From NCBI GenBank assembly GCA_028701035.1, contig JAQVRO010000001.1, positions 5,497 through 69,496 on the forward strand: a DNA stretch of 64,000 nt. The letters run 5' to 3'. The stretch's first letter is position 1. Every line of letters starts with the position of its first letter. The notes beneath the pieces are model-generated. The model ran no database searches. It was not told the origin of the DNA and was given only the letters and a program-made list of their open reading frames with translations. Shown piece after piece: positions 48,996 to 57,849 of the stretch. Source of the DNA: Minisyncoccota bacterium (lineage in GTDB: Bacteria > Patescibacteriota > Minisyncoccia > Minisyncoccales > CSSED10-335). A program made the translations under genes and the position numbers.

Positions 48996-50858
48996 TTATT
49001 CTATAATAGTTTCTTCTAATAATAAATCTTCCTCTGAATCTTCCCCTGACTCTTCCTCTGGCTCATTAATATTAATAACTTCTATGTGTTCTTCGTTTGC
49101 CCAGCCCTCAAAACCTGCTACCTTTAGTTTATACCAAATATCAATTTTTTGCAACAATTCTATTTCATCTTCTACCGTTGCAACATATAAAACTTCGCTC
49201 CTCTCTCCCGGCAAAGCATAGATGTTTATGCCACTTTCAATAAACTCTTCTCTTATCTTAACCAGCAACTCTTCTTTATCTTTTTCTAAATAAAACTGAG
49301 TCATTACTCTGTGTTTTAATGGAACCATTGGTGCAGGGACAGGCAAAAGCACAAGATAAAGTATTGATAACGATAAAAGAAATATACCTGATAGAGCTAC
49401 AATTAACGAAGCCATCAAAACAGATTTTTGCTTACCTTGTTGAGTTTTAATCTCTTTTGCCTTTACTTCAGATGGCAAAAGGTTTATTCCATCTCTTACT
49501 GGATCTTCTGCGCCCCCTCTCAGGGCAAGACCAATAACATTAGAATATATTACTCCTTTAGTATCATCAAGATTACTCGTATCTTTAATTTTAGTTAAAG
49601 GATTGCCAATTTCAACTTTATTCCCAAAGAACTTTTGGAAAAACAAATCAATTTCTGGCAACAGCGCCGAGCCTCCAGCTAGAATAATCCTTTTAATATC
49701 CTTCTTGAATTCTTTCTTATAAAAAGACTCTGCTTCTTTAGCTTCGTTCACTATCCTTACGGCTTCTTTTTCAATTACCGAGTAGAACTGTGTTTGGCTC
49801 TTAAAACCATCCCTTACCTTTATTTCTTCAGCTTTATCTTTAGCTATATTCAAACTATCAGCAATTTTTTGTGTAAAATTAAAACCAGCTACAGGCACAG
49901 AAACAGCGAAACATATCGCACCAGCACTATCGTATACAGATATAATAGTGCTCTTTGCTCCAATATCTAAAATCATCGTATCCTCTATCTCGTCTTTTTT
50001 AACAACTTCTTTCTTCTTTTTAAATACACTTTTCTTGTTCTTGTTTTCTTCAGCAATAGGATCGTAAACCTTTCTTAATAACCCTCGCCCAGTAGCAAAA
50101 GACTCAACATCTAGAGCAACCGGCGTAATATTGGCTGCTCTTAAAAAATAAATATAGTTATCAACAACATCTTTATCTACCGCAACACAAATTACATCTA
50201 TCTGATTCTCTTTTTCTTGATTAGTAATCTTTAAGAAGTCCCAAGATATCTTCTTTAAAGGTAAAGGTATCGTTGTTTCTATCTTCTTAGTTAGCGCGTT
50301 ATAAAAGTTTTCTTTTGCATCTATTTGAAAATGATATATGTATGTTTTGCTCTCTGGTAAGCTAATAATCGCCTTTAGCTCTTTTATCTCTTCGGCAATC
50401 AAAGGAAATGGTTTTGTTTCTTTTAGAGTTTTGTTTAAGATGCTTATTAATTCCTTTTGGTTCTTGATATCCCCATCTTCCACAATACCTTCTGGTAATA
50501 TGGCTCTACCATAAGAGACAATTTTGCCTTGCCTGTTTAACTGCATTATCTCTATTGAGTGGTCACTTACATCTATACCAACGACTGGTTGCTTAGTGAC
50601 ATCTAATAAATCACTAACAACTTGAGATTGCCTAATTTTAGCCAACTGCAACTTCCAACCTTCATTAGGTTTTTCTTTTTTAATTTCTTTGCTTTGCTTA
50701 ATAATCTCGTTTATAATCTGAGTTGGGTTGGCGCCTCTTTTCTGGGCCTGCTCTAACAAAGCTTTCTTTTCTGGATTTGATTCAATTATCTTCTTTAATA
50801 TTAAATCATCTCCGGCTCCTCTTTCTCTAGCTTTTTTAATTGTTTCTTCTATTGACAT
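48996..50858 (-). CDS. PilM-like actin-fold pilus assembly protein fused to a C-terminal TM segment and a PilN/PilO-like periplasmic domain. About 100 aa of N-terminal extension.
   Basis: VGIDVSDHSIEIMQL and later actin-like ATPase segments. TM helix LMASLIVALSGIFLLSLSILYLVLL. C-terminal domain similar to the 48632 ORF. Confidence 0.5.
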   Translation of the reverse strand: MSIEETIKKARERGAGDDLILKKIIESNPEKKALLEQAQKRGANPTQIINEIIKQSKEIKKEKPNEGWKLQLAKIRQSQVVSDLLDVTKQPVVGIDVSDHSIEIMQLNRQGKIVSYGRAILPEGIVEDGDIKNQKELISILNKTLKETKPFPLIAEEIKELKAIISLPESKTYIYHFQIDAKENFYNALTKKIETTIPLPLKKISWDFLKITNQEKENQIDVICVAVDKDVVDNYIYFLRAANITPVALDVESFATGRGLLRKVYDPIAEENKNKKSVFKKKKEVVKKDEIEDTMILDIGAKSTIISVYDSAGAICFAVSVPVAGFNFTQKIADSLNIAKDKAEEIKVRDGFKSQTQFYSVIEKEAVRIVNEAKEAESFYKKEFKKDIKRIILAGGSALLPEIDLFFQKFFGNKVEIGNPLTKIKDTSNLDDTKGVIYSNVIGLALRGGAEDPVRDGINLLPSEVKAKEIKTQQGKQKSVLMASLIVALSGIFLLSLSILYLVLLPVPAPMVPLKHRVMTQFYLEKDKEELLVKIREEFIESGINIYALPGERSEVLYVATVEDEIELLQKIDIWYKLKVAGFEGWANEEHIEVININEPEEESGEDSEEDLLLEETIIE

Positions 50859-50863
50859 TTAAT

Positions 50864-53842
50864 TTAAAATTTAAGGTCTAAGTCAGAGATATCAACTTCC
50901 TTTGGTTTTTCCTCTTTTTTAGTTTCAACTATTTTTTTGTCTTGTTGTTTATCCTCTGGCTCTTTTTGTTCTTCCTTAACTTCAATCTTTTTTTCAGCTA
51001 TAGCATCCTTTCTCTTGGCTTCTTGTTCTTCTTGGGCTCTCTTCTTAGCTTCGGCTTCTTTTTTTTGTTGCTCTATCTTTTTCAAGTAATCCTCGGCTTG
51101 TTCGTATATTGATTTAGCAGAGAAAAATCCAGCTTTCTTTTCAGGTTTGGTAGCTTTAGTTAATACTTCCTTAAATGCAGTAGCACTTTCTTCTAGCTTA
51201 TGACTATTATACATAGAAACTGCATTTTTGAAAAGACTATTAATTTCTAATTCTTTTTCTTTATCGACTTGTGGCCTCTCCTGTTGGACTTTAGCTATAA
51301 CTTCTCTTCTTTTAGATTCTTGTTCTTCTTGGGCTCTCTTCTTAGCTTCAGCTTCTTTTTTTTGTTGTTCTATCTTTTTCAAGTAATCTTCAGCTTGCTC
51401 GTATATTGATTTAGCAGAGAAAAATCCAGCTTTCTTTTCAGGCTTTGAGGCTTTAGTTAATACCTCTTTGAATGCAGTAGCACTTTCTTCTAACTTATGA
51501 CTGTTATACATAGAAACTGCATTTTTGAAAAGACTATTAATTTCTAATTCTTTATTTTTCTTTACTTCTTCTGCTTCTTTCTTTTGTTTTATCTTAAGAG
51601 CTTCTTCGGATTTTTTAAGATATTCTTCGGCTTGTTCATATAATGTTTTGGCAGAAAATAGTCCAGATTTTTTTTCGGGCTTAGGGTCTTTCTCCATTAC
51701 CTTTTTGAAACAAACTATACTTTCTTCTATCTTTTGATGATTATACAAAGATACCGCATTATTAAAAAGATTTTTAATTTCTAATTCTTTCTTTTTCTGG
51801 TCCTCCAACTCTTCTTGAGCTTTCTTCTTAGCCTCAGCCTCGGCTTTTTCTTTGGCGATTCTCTCGGCTTCAATTTTCTTCATTGCTTCTTCCCTGGCAC
51901 GCCTTTCTTCCTCTTGCCTCTTCTTAGCTTCAGCCTCAGCTCTTTGTTTATTCTCTTCTTCTTGTTTTCTCCATCTAAGTTCTTTTTCTGCCTTAATTAT
52001 ATAGTTTTCAGCTTTAAGTTTAAGAGAAATTCCTTTATCTTTAGATAAAGATACAAATATGTCTGGGTTTTGGTTGATTTTTTCTAATTTATTTAAAACA
52101 CTATTAAAGCCAACCAAGCTCTCTTCGAATTTACCTTGATCGAATAGATTAACCGAATCATCTATTATCTTGTTTAACTCTTGACGAACAAGCTCTTCTT
52201 TAGCTTTTCTTTCAAACTCATATTCAATTTCTTTTTTAGCCTCCTCTTTAGCTCTTCTTTCAATCTCCCGCCTTTCTGCATCTTGTTTTATCTTTGATAT
52301 TTGATTTTCAGCTTTTAAATATATTGGGTGATTTTTGTCTAGCTTGCTCATTAGTTGCTGAAACCCTTTCATGCAACTATCTAAGTCTCCATTTTGGTAT
52401 AGATTATTGCATCGCTCAAATTCATTAACAAGTTCTTTTTCTTTCTCTTCTTGGGCTCTTCTTGCTTCTTCCATTGATCTTTGCTCTTCTAATTCTTTTT
52501 GTTTTCTTAATTCTTCTGCCTCTTGAATACGCTTCTTCTCTTCTTCTTGCCTCTTCCACCTAATATCTTTCTCTGCTTTCAAGATGTAGTTCTCTGCTTT
52601 GAGTTTAAAAGATACTCCCGCGTCGGCTAGTGAAGTAAATTCGTTTAGCTTAGATAATACATTTTTAAAAGATACAATACTCTCTTCAAGTTTGCCTGAT
52701 TCGTAGAGAGAAATACCTTCAGCTAAAATGGAATTGAGCTCGACTCTTTGTTGTTCTTGTAGCTGGCGTTGCCTAGCTAGTTCTGCTTCCCTTTCTAGTC
52801 TTTCTTGTTCTTCTTTTTTAGCTCTTTCTTCTTGGGCTCTTCTTTCTTCTTCTTGCCTCTTCCACCTAATATCTTTCTCTGCTTTCAAGATGTAGTTCTC
52901 TGCTTTGAGTTTAAAAGACACTCCCTCGTCGGCTAGTGAAGTAAATTCGTTTAGCTTAGATAATACATTTTTAAAAGATACAATACTTTCTTCGAGTTTG
53001 CCTGATTCGTAGAGAGAAATACCTTCAGTTAAAATGGAATTAAGCTCAGCTCTTTGTTGTTCTTGTAGCTGGCGTTGCCTAGCTATTTCTGCTTCCTTTT
53101 CTAGTCTTTCTTGTTCTTCTTTTTTAGCTCTTTCTTCTTGAGCTCTTCTCGCTTCTTCTATTGCTCTTTGTTCCTCTAATTCTTTTTGTCTTCTTAATTC
53201 TTCTGCCTCTTGAGCCATTCTTCTTTCTTCTTCTTCTTTTTGTTGCTTAAGAATTCTGTGCTCTTCGTGCATCTTTTCGAGATCAATAGCACTATCAAGA
53301 TCTCTTAAGTTCTTTGTTAAAGTGTTAAGTTCTATTAAAGCCTTATCTGTTTTTTGTTTTAACTCAGCGATATTAGATTGTTCAACGCTATAATTCTCAG
53401 TTATTCTTTCAATGTTTTGAGCTCTTTTAGATATTTGACTTTCTAGTTGACCTACCTTCTCTTCTATTGCCCATCTTTTATCTTCTAGCTCTCTTCTTTT
53501 GTCTACCAATGCCCATCTTTCACGCTCAATCTTTCTCTTCTTTTCTATGTCATCAGTAGATGTTTCTTGGTTTTCAATATTCTCTTTTTCTTTATCGAGA
53601 ACTTCTTTTTCTTTTAAGATATATTCTATTTCTTTCGAAAGATTAGCTTTCTCGTCAACATCCTTAGTCATTGCTAATTCTTCAGCTTCTTTTTCCCTAA
53701 GAGCACTGTTTAGATATTCGTCTTTTACTTTTTTGAGTTCACTTAAACGCTCTGCTTCTTTTTGCAGAAGCGAAGAGTTTTGCTCAATTGATTTTTTTTG
53801 CAACTCCAACTCTTTTATTTTACTGTTGGTGATTTCTTGCAT
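50864..53842 (-). CDS. giant coiled-coil repeat protein (992 aa) with E/K/R/Q-rich heptad regions. Single TPR-like modules (SLYESGKLEESIVSFKNVL, SMYNSHKLEESATAFKEVL) are embedded between charged linkers. No signal peptide.
   Basis: ORF track. Two protein-level tandem duplications are mirrored by near-identical DNA repeats. Confidence 0.6.
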   Translation of the reverse strand: MQEITNSKIKELELQKKSIEQNSSLLQKEAERLSELKKVKDEYLNSALREKEAEELAMTKDVDEKANLSKEIEYILKEKEVLDKEKENIENQETSTDDIEKKRKIERERWALVDKRRELEDKRWAIEEKVGQLESQISKRAQNIERITENYSVEQSNIAELKQKTDKALIELNTLTKNLRDLDSAIDLEKMHEEHRILKQQKEEEERRMAQEAEELRRQKELEEQRAIEEARRAQEERAKKEEQERLEKEAEIARQRQLQEQQRAELNSILTEGISLYESGKLEESIVSFKNVLSKLNEFTSLADEGVSFKLKAENYILKAEKDIRWKRQEEERRAQEERAKKEEQERLEREAELARQRQLQEQQRVELNSILAEGISLYESGKLEESIVSFKNVLSKLNEFTSLADAGVSFKLKAENYILKAEKDIRWKRQEEEKKRIQEAEELRKQKELEEQRSMEEARRAQEEKEKELVNEFERCNNLYQNGDLDSCMKGFQQLMSKLDKNHPIYLKAENQISKIKQDAERREIERRAKEEAKKEIEYEFERKAKEELVRQELNKIIDDSVNLFDQGKFEESLVGFNSVLNKLEKINQNPDIFVSLSKDKGISLKLKAENYIIKAEKELRWRKQEEENKQRAEAEAKKRQEEERRAREEAMKKIEAERIAKEKAEAEAKKKAQEELEDQKKKELEIKNLFNNAVSLYNHQKIEESIVCFKKVMEKDPKPEKKSGLFSAKTLYEQAEEYLKKSEEALKIKQKKEAEEVKKNKELEINSLFKNAVSMYNSHKLEESATAFKEVLTKASKPEKKAGFFSAKSIYEQAEDYLKKIEQQKKEAEAKKRAQEEQESKRREVIAKVQQERPQVDKEKELEINSLFKNAVSMYNSHKLEESATAFKEVLTKATKPEKKAGFFSAKSIYEQAEDYLKKIEQQKKEAEAKKRAQEEQEAKRKDAIAEKKIEVKEEQKEPEDKQQDKKIVETKKEEKPKEVDISDLDLKF
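51005..51595. repeat. intragenic tandem duplication, 2 copies of ~296 bp, >90% identical
   Basis: Identical strings such as ttcttgttcttcttgggctctcttcttagcttc recur at 51022 and 51318. Each copy contains a T9 or T10 homopolymer. Confidence 0.7.
52480..53110. repeat. intragenic tandem duplication, 2 copies of ~308 bp, >90% identical
   Basis: tcttcttgcctcttccacctaatatctttctctgctttcaagatgtagttctctgctttgagtttaaaaga recurs at about 52545 and 52851. Confidence 0.7.
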
Positions 53843-53861
53843 GTTTATTATTTATATTTCT

Positions 53862-53889
53862 ATTATATACAATGTATATTTTTTTGCAA
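53862..53889 (-). promoter_or_regulatory. near-consensus sigma70 promoter TTGCAA-16-TATAAT driving the coiled-coil gene. Part of a ~75-bp cassette repeated at 57716..57790.
   Basis: On the minus strand, -35 at 53889..53884 and -10 at 53867..53862, with ATG at 53842. About 85% identical to the cassette upstream of the RAYT gene. Confidence 0.55.
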
Positions 53890-53913
53890 TAGTTCTTGCT
53901 GTTTAGCTTCTGA

Positions 53914-53934
53914 TTAAGGCGCTAAGCGCCTTAA
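53914..53934. repeat. REP-like palindrome TTAAGGCGCTAAGCGCCTTAA
   Basis: Perfect 10-1-10 palindrome immediately upstream of the promoter cassette. Confidence 0.65.
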
Positions 53935-54078
53935 TCTGCCATTGCCTTATTTTAAATATTTCAATATTATTTTATCACAAAAAATTAAAAAATCTAGCAC
54001 CTGATTAATTGGAGAAATAATTTATATGTTAATTCTCTGATATTAATTAATAAAATAATAAAAACGGCATCCACATAC

Positions 54079-54927
54079 TCAACACACATAGTATCTTCCC
54101 CTATCCTTCTTCACAATTCCTTTTAAGCAAAGAATAGAAAGCGTCGTGTTCGTCTGTGAAATATTCATCTCTATAATCTTACAAATACTGTTTGCATCCA
54201 TCGCTTCGCTTTTCAAAACATCAAAAACTTTCTTTTCGTTTTCTGAAAGTCCTTCTACTTTTTTTGCACTTCTTTTCTCTGAGCTTTTATTAAAAAAAGA
54301 AAGTATTTCTTCTGCTGAAAGAACACTCTTGGCCAATCCTTCTTTGATAATTCTGTTTGTCCCTTGTGATGTGGGATTAAATATAGAACCAGGGACGGCA
54401 AAAAGTTTTCTTTTGTATTTAACTGCTAAATTCACCGAAATAAGTGTTCCGCTTTTTTCTTCTGCTTCAACGGCAAGCACTGCTTTTGAAAGTCCAACAA
54501 CAATCCTATTTCTTTTTGGATAAGTCCACTTGCTAGGAGGGTATCCGTTATCAAACTCAGAAAGAATAAGACCCTTCTCTTCTATCTCTTTGTAAAGATC
54601 TCTTTGATAAGCAGGATGAATAACATCAACCCCACACGGCATAACAGCAATTGTTTTTCCACCCACACTTAACGCTGCACGGTGTGCCGCCGCATCAACG
54701 CCATACATAAATCCAGAAACAATAGTCACTCCTTCTTTAGCAACCTTTGAAACAATTTCCTCAACAACTCTCTTGCCATAACTAGTTATTCTCCTTGAAC
54801 CAACAACCGCCAAAGTATCACTAAAAATACTCTCATCAAAATCCCCTCTATAATTCAAAGCAACAGGAGCATCCTCAATCCCCTTTAAAATACTAGGATA
54901 GTTTTTATTATCAAGAAATATCTTCAT
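54079..54927 (-). CDS. dprA: DNA processing protein A (Smf)
   Basis: Rossmann-like core LAVVGSRRITSYGKRV...GVDAAAH and a C-terminal winged-helix domain. Confidence 0.8.
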   Translation of the reverse strand: MKIFLDNKNYPSILKGIEDAPVALNYRGDFDESIFSDTLAVVGSRRITSYGKRVVEEIVSKVAKEGVTIVSGFMYGVDAAAHRAALSVGGKTIAVMPCGVDVIHPAYQRDLYKEIEEKGLILSEFDNGYPPSKWTYPKRNRIVVGLSKAVLAVEAEEKSGTLISVNLAVKYKRKLFAVPGSIFNPTSQGTNRIIKEGLAKSVLSAEEILSFFNKSSEKRSAKKVEGLSENEKKVFDVLKSEAMDANSICKIIEMNISQTNTTLSILCLKGIVKKDRGRYYVC

Positions 54928-55267
54928 AATGCGTAATTCTCTCTACTCCCCCATTATTATTTAGCACAATACAAATCAAATCTATTCTGTATTGCCCCTT
55001 GTAGTTTTTTCTTTGAGCGTATCCTAATGCCCCTCTTCTTAATCTCCTTGTCTTATCTTTTTTGATTGTTTCTTCTGGACTACCAAATCTTTCGCTAGTT
55101 TTTGTTCTTACTTCCACAAAAACAAGCTCATCATCTTTACTAGCAACAATATCAATTTCTACATATTCTGTTTTGTAATTCCTTTCTAAGATCTGAAAGT
55201 CATTCTTTTGTAAGTATTCACAAGCAATATCTTCTCCTTTTATTCCTACATCTTGTTTGTTATGCAT
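54911..55267 (-). CDS. yraN: YraN family endonuclease (UPF0102, PD-(D/E)xK fold)
   Basis: GIKGEDIACEYL...ILERNYK...EIDIVA...VFVEVRT. Confidence 0.7.
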   Translation of the reverse strand: MHNKQDVGIKGEDIACEYLQKNDFQILERNYKTEYVEIDIVASKDDELVFVEVRTKTSERFGSPEETIKKDKTRRLRRGALGYAQRKNYKGQYRIDLICIVLNNNGGVERITHYEDIS

Positions 55268-55278
55268 TATAATCGTTA

Positions 55279-56805
55279 CTATTTTCTCGGTTCATCTAGG
55301 CGATACTGCAACGCCTCAGCAATATGCTCTATTTTTATTTCTTCACTTCGACCAAGATCAGCAATTGTTCGCGCAACTTTTATTACTTTAAAATATGCTC
55401 TCGCAGACAAGTGAAACTCCAACGAAGCACTGACTAAAACATCCTCTACTTCTTTAGATAAAGAAGCATACTTTTCTATCTGCTTGTTCTTCATTTCAGA
55501 GTTTGTAAAAATATTTTCCTCTTTAAACCTCTCTTTCTGTAATTCTCTTGCTTTCTCAACTCTCTTTCTTATCTCTTTTGACTTTTCATTATTTGCCCTC
55601 TTCTTTTCTTCCGCAGTTAATTTTTTAGTTTCTACATCGGGAACCTCTATATGAATATCAATCCGATCAAGCATCGGGCCAGAAACTCTTTTCCTATACC
55701 TTTCAACTTCTCTCTCAGTGCAACTACACTGTTTCTTTTCACTGTTAAGATATCCACAAGGGCAGGGATTAGCAGCAGCAACAAACATATATCGTGCGGG
55801 ATAAACAACACTCTCAATACTTCTTGAAATATTTACATATCCGTTCTCCATCGGTTGTCTTAGAGCTTCCAACGCCGATCTTTGAAACTCGTTTAGCTCA
55901 TCTAAAAACAATACTCCTCTATGGGCAAGTGTCACTTCTCCGGGCCGAGGACGAGTTCCTCCGCCAGTAAGTCCAATTGAAGATATCGTGTGATGTGGAG
56001 CACGAAAAGGACGATTTTGAATAAGCGAACTTCCCGGAGGCAGATTGCCAGAAACAGAATATATCTTTGTTACTTCAATTGACTCTTCTTCATTTAATTT
56101 TGGGAGAATCCCCGAAAAAGCTCTTGCAAGCATTGTTTTCCCACTTCCCGGACCACCAATCATAAACAAATTATGCCCTCCCGCTGCCGCTATCTCTAAG
56201 GCTCTCTTTGCTTCTTCTTGTCCTAAAACTTCTTCCATATCAAACTCACAGAAAAAATCCTCCTTCTGTTTCTTGTACTTCGCTCTTTCCGGCTGTTCCC
56301 TTCCACTTAAAAATGCTGTTAATTGCGAAAGATCTTTTACTGGATAAACATTTACTCCCGCCACTACCGACGCCTCGTTAGCCGAAAGCATAGGAAGAAA
56401 TATATTTTTGTATCCGTTTTCTTTTGCAAAAAGAGCAAGTGGAAGCGCTCCTTTTGTATGCCTCAACTCTCCATTTAAAGAAAGCTCTCCAAAGAACAAA
56501 CTTTTTTCAGGAATGGTTAAATTTAAAACCGAAGCAATAATTCCAGTAGCTATCGGCAGATCATAACAAGAACCATCTTTGGGAACATCAGCTGGAGCAA
56601 GGTTAACAATTATTCTCCTTCTGGGAAACTCTATTTTTGAGTTGCTTATTCCCGCCCGAACTCGCTCCTTACTCTCATCAACAACCTTCGCTGGAAGTCC
56701 AACAATATCAAAACTGGGAAGCCCCTTCTTCATCACATTGACTTCCACATCAACCCCAATAGAATTAAGGCCTAAATGAGCGACAGATGGTATCTTAATA
56801 AACAT
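55279..56805 (-). CDS. comM: Mg-chelatase-like AAA+ ATPase YifB/ComM
   Basis: N-terminal Lon-like domain, Walker A GGPGSGKTMLA, Walker B LFLDELNEF, and a C-terminal Mg-chelatase subunit ChlI domain. Confidence 0.85.
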   Translation of the reverse strand: MFIKIPSVAHLGLNSIGVDVEVNVMKKGLPSFDIVGLPAKVVDESKERVRAGISNSKIEFPRRRIIVNLAPADVPKDGSCYDLPIATGIIASVLNLTIPEKSLFFGELSLNGELRHTKGALPLALFAKENGYKNIFLPMLSANEASVVAGVNVYPVKDLSQLTAFLSGREQPERAKYKKQKEDFFCEFDMEEVLGQEEAKRALEIAAAGGHNLFMIGGPGSGKTMLARAFSGILPKLNEEESIEVTKIYSVSGNLPPGSSLIQNRPFRAPHHTISSIGLTGGGTRPRPGEVTLAHRGVLFLDELNEFQRSALEALRQPMENGYVNISRSIESVVYPARYMFVAAANPCPCGYLNSEKKQCSCTEREVERYRKRVSGPMLDRIDIHIEVPDVETKKLTAEEKKRANNEKSKEIRKRVEKARELQKERFKEENIFTNSEMKNKQIEKYASLSKEVEDVLVSASLEFHLSARAYFKVIKVARTIADLGRSEEIKIEHIAEALQYRLDEPRK

Positions 56806-56968
56806 AATACAATTTGATTAAATTCTAACAAATATAATACAATTATTAATACTTATTTAATCTCTATACTTCGCTTAATTAAGGCGCCTGGCGCCTTAAT
56901 CTAACCTCCTTAATTTATACTTCGCTTAATTAAGGCGCCTGGCGCCTTAATCTGAACTCCTTAATACT

Positions 56969-57640
56969 TTAATCCTTTTCTATTAAATATTTATCTATAT
57001 CTTTTTTATTACGGCTTTCCTCAATCACCATTTTGACAAACTTTTTATACTCCACTACCGAATTTGACCCTTGTGCTTCAGAAAAATGATCAAGAATAAT
57101 GTCTTTACTCGCAACCAAATCGTCTGGCCTTTCTCCTAAGAAATATCCATAGCTTGTCCATGGATAATCTTCAACATCAGCTATTTTATGAATTTGTGAA
57201 TTACCATTGATATAGGCAGACAGCCAAAGAAGATAATCATCATTATCAATATGAATTGCTTTGTAAGCTCCTTGGAATAATCTACCTGGGCGATTGTATT
57301 TTTTATTAATAAAATTAGTATAGCTGTGTCCTATTTTGTGTAAAAATTTAGAAATACCATCATCGGTTAATTGTTGTAATATCAAATGATAATGATTAGG
57401 TAATAAATTATAAGCATTTATTGTGACTATTTTTTCTAATCCCTCTAAGAAGGAGCTTAGCTCCTTAATATCTTTACGAGCCACAGATGCCCTTTCTTCG
57501 TAATAAGATTTATTATTAAAATCCTTTAAGCCTCTTTTAAACATTTTATAATCTTCGTCTTCTCTAAAAAGCAATGAATCAGCTACAGCTCGATTATAAA
57601 CATGATAGTATTCACCATTGGTAAATTTTATTTTTCTCAT
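56969..57640 (-). CDS. REP-associated tyrosine transposase (RAYT; IS200/IS605-like Y1 HuH transposase)
   Basis: N-terminal YHVYNRA motif, HuH motif LPNHYHLILQ, downstream conserved Tyr region RLFQGAYKAIHID. 223 aa. Flanked by REPs. Confidence 0.7.
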   Translation of the reverse strand: MRKIKFTNGEYYHVYNRAVADSLLFREDEDYKMFKRGLKDFNNKSYYEERASVARKDIKELSSFLEGLEKIVTINAYNLLPNHYHLILQQLTDDGISKFLHKIGHSYTNFINKKYNRPGRLFQGAYKAIHIDNDDYLLWLSAYINGNSQIHKIADVEDYPWTSYGYFLGERPDDLVASKDIILDHFSEAQGSNSVVEYKKFVKMVIEESRNKKDIDKYLIEKD

Positions 57641-57748
57641 ATAACTTTTTTCGTTAAGGAGCCTGGATTAAGGAGCCAGGCTCCTTAATCTAACCTCCTT
57701 AATTTGTTGCTGTTGGTTATTGCTTGCATATTTATTATTTATATCTCC

Positions 57749-57776
57749 ATTATATATAATGTGTATTCTTTTGCAA
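57749..57776 (-). promoter_or_regulatory. sigma70 promoter TTGCAA-16-TATAAT upstream of the RAYT gene (second copy of the cassette)
   Basis: On the minus strand, -35 at 57776..57771 and -10 at 57754..57749. The transcript would traverse the REP at 57706..57654 before the RAYT ATG at 57640. Confidence 0.5.
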
Positions 57777-57849
57777 GCGTTCAGTTGTTTGGTTCTTGGT
57801 TAAGGAGCCTGGGTTAAGGAGCCAGGCTCCTTAATCCGACCTCCTTAAT

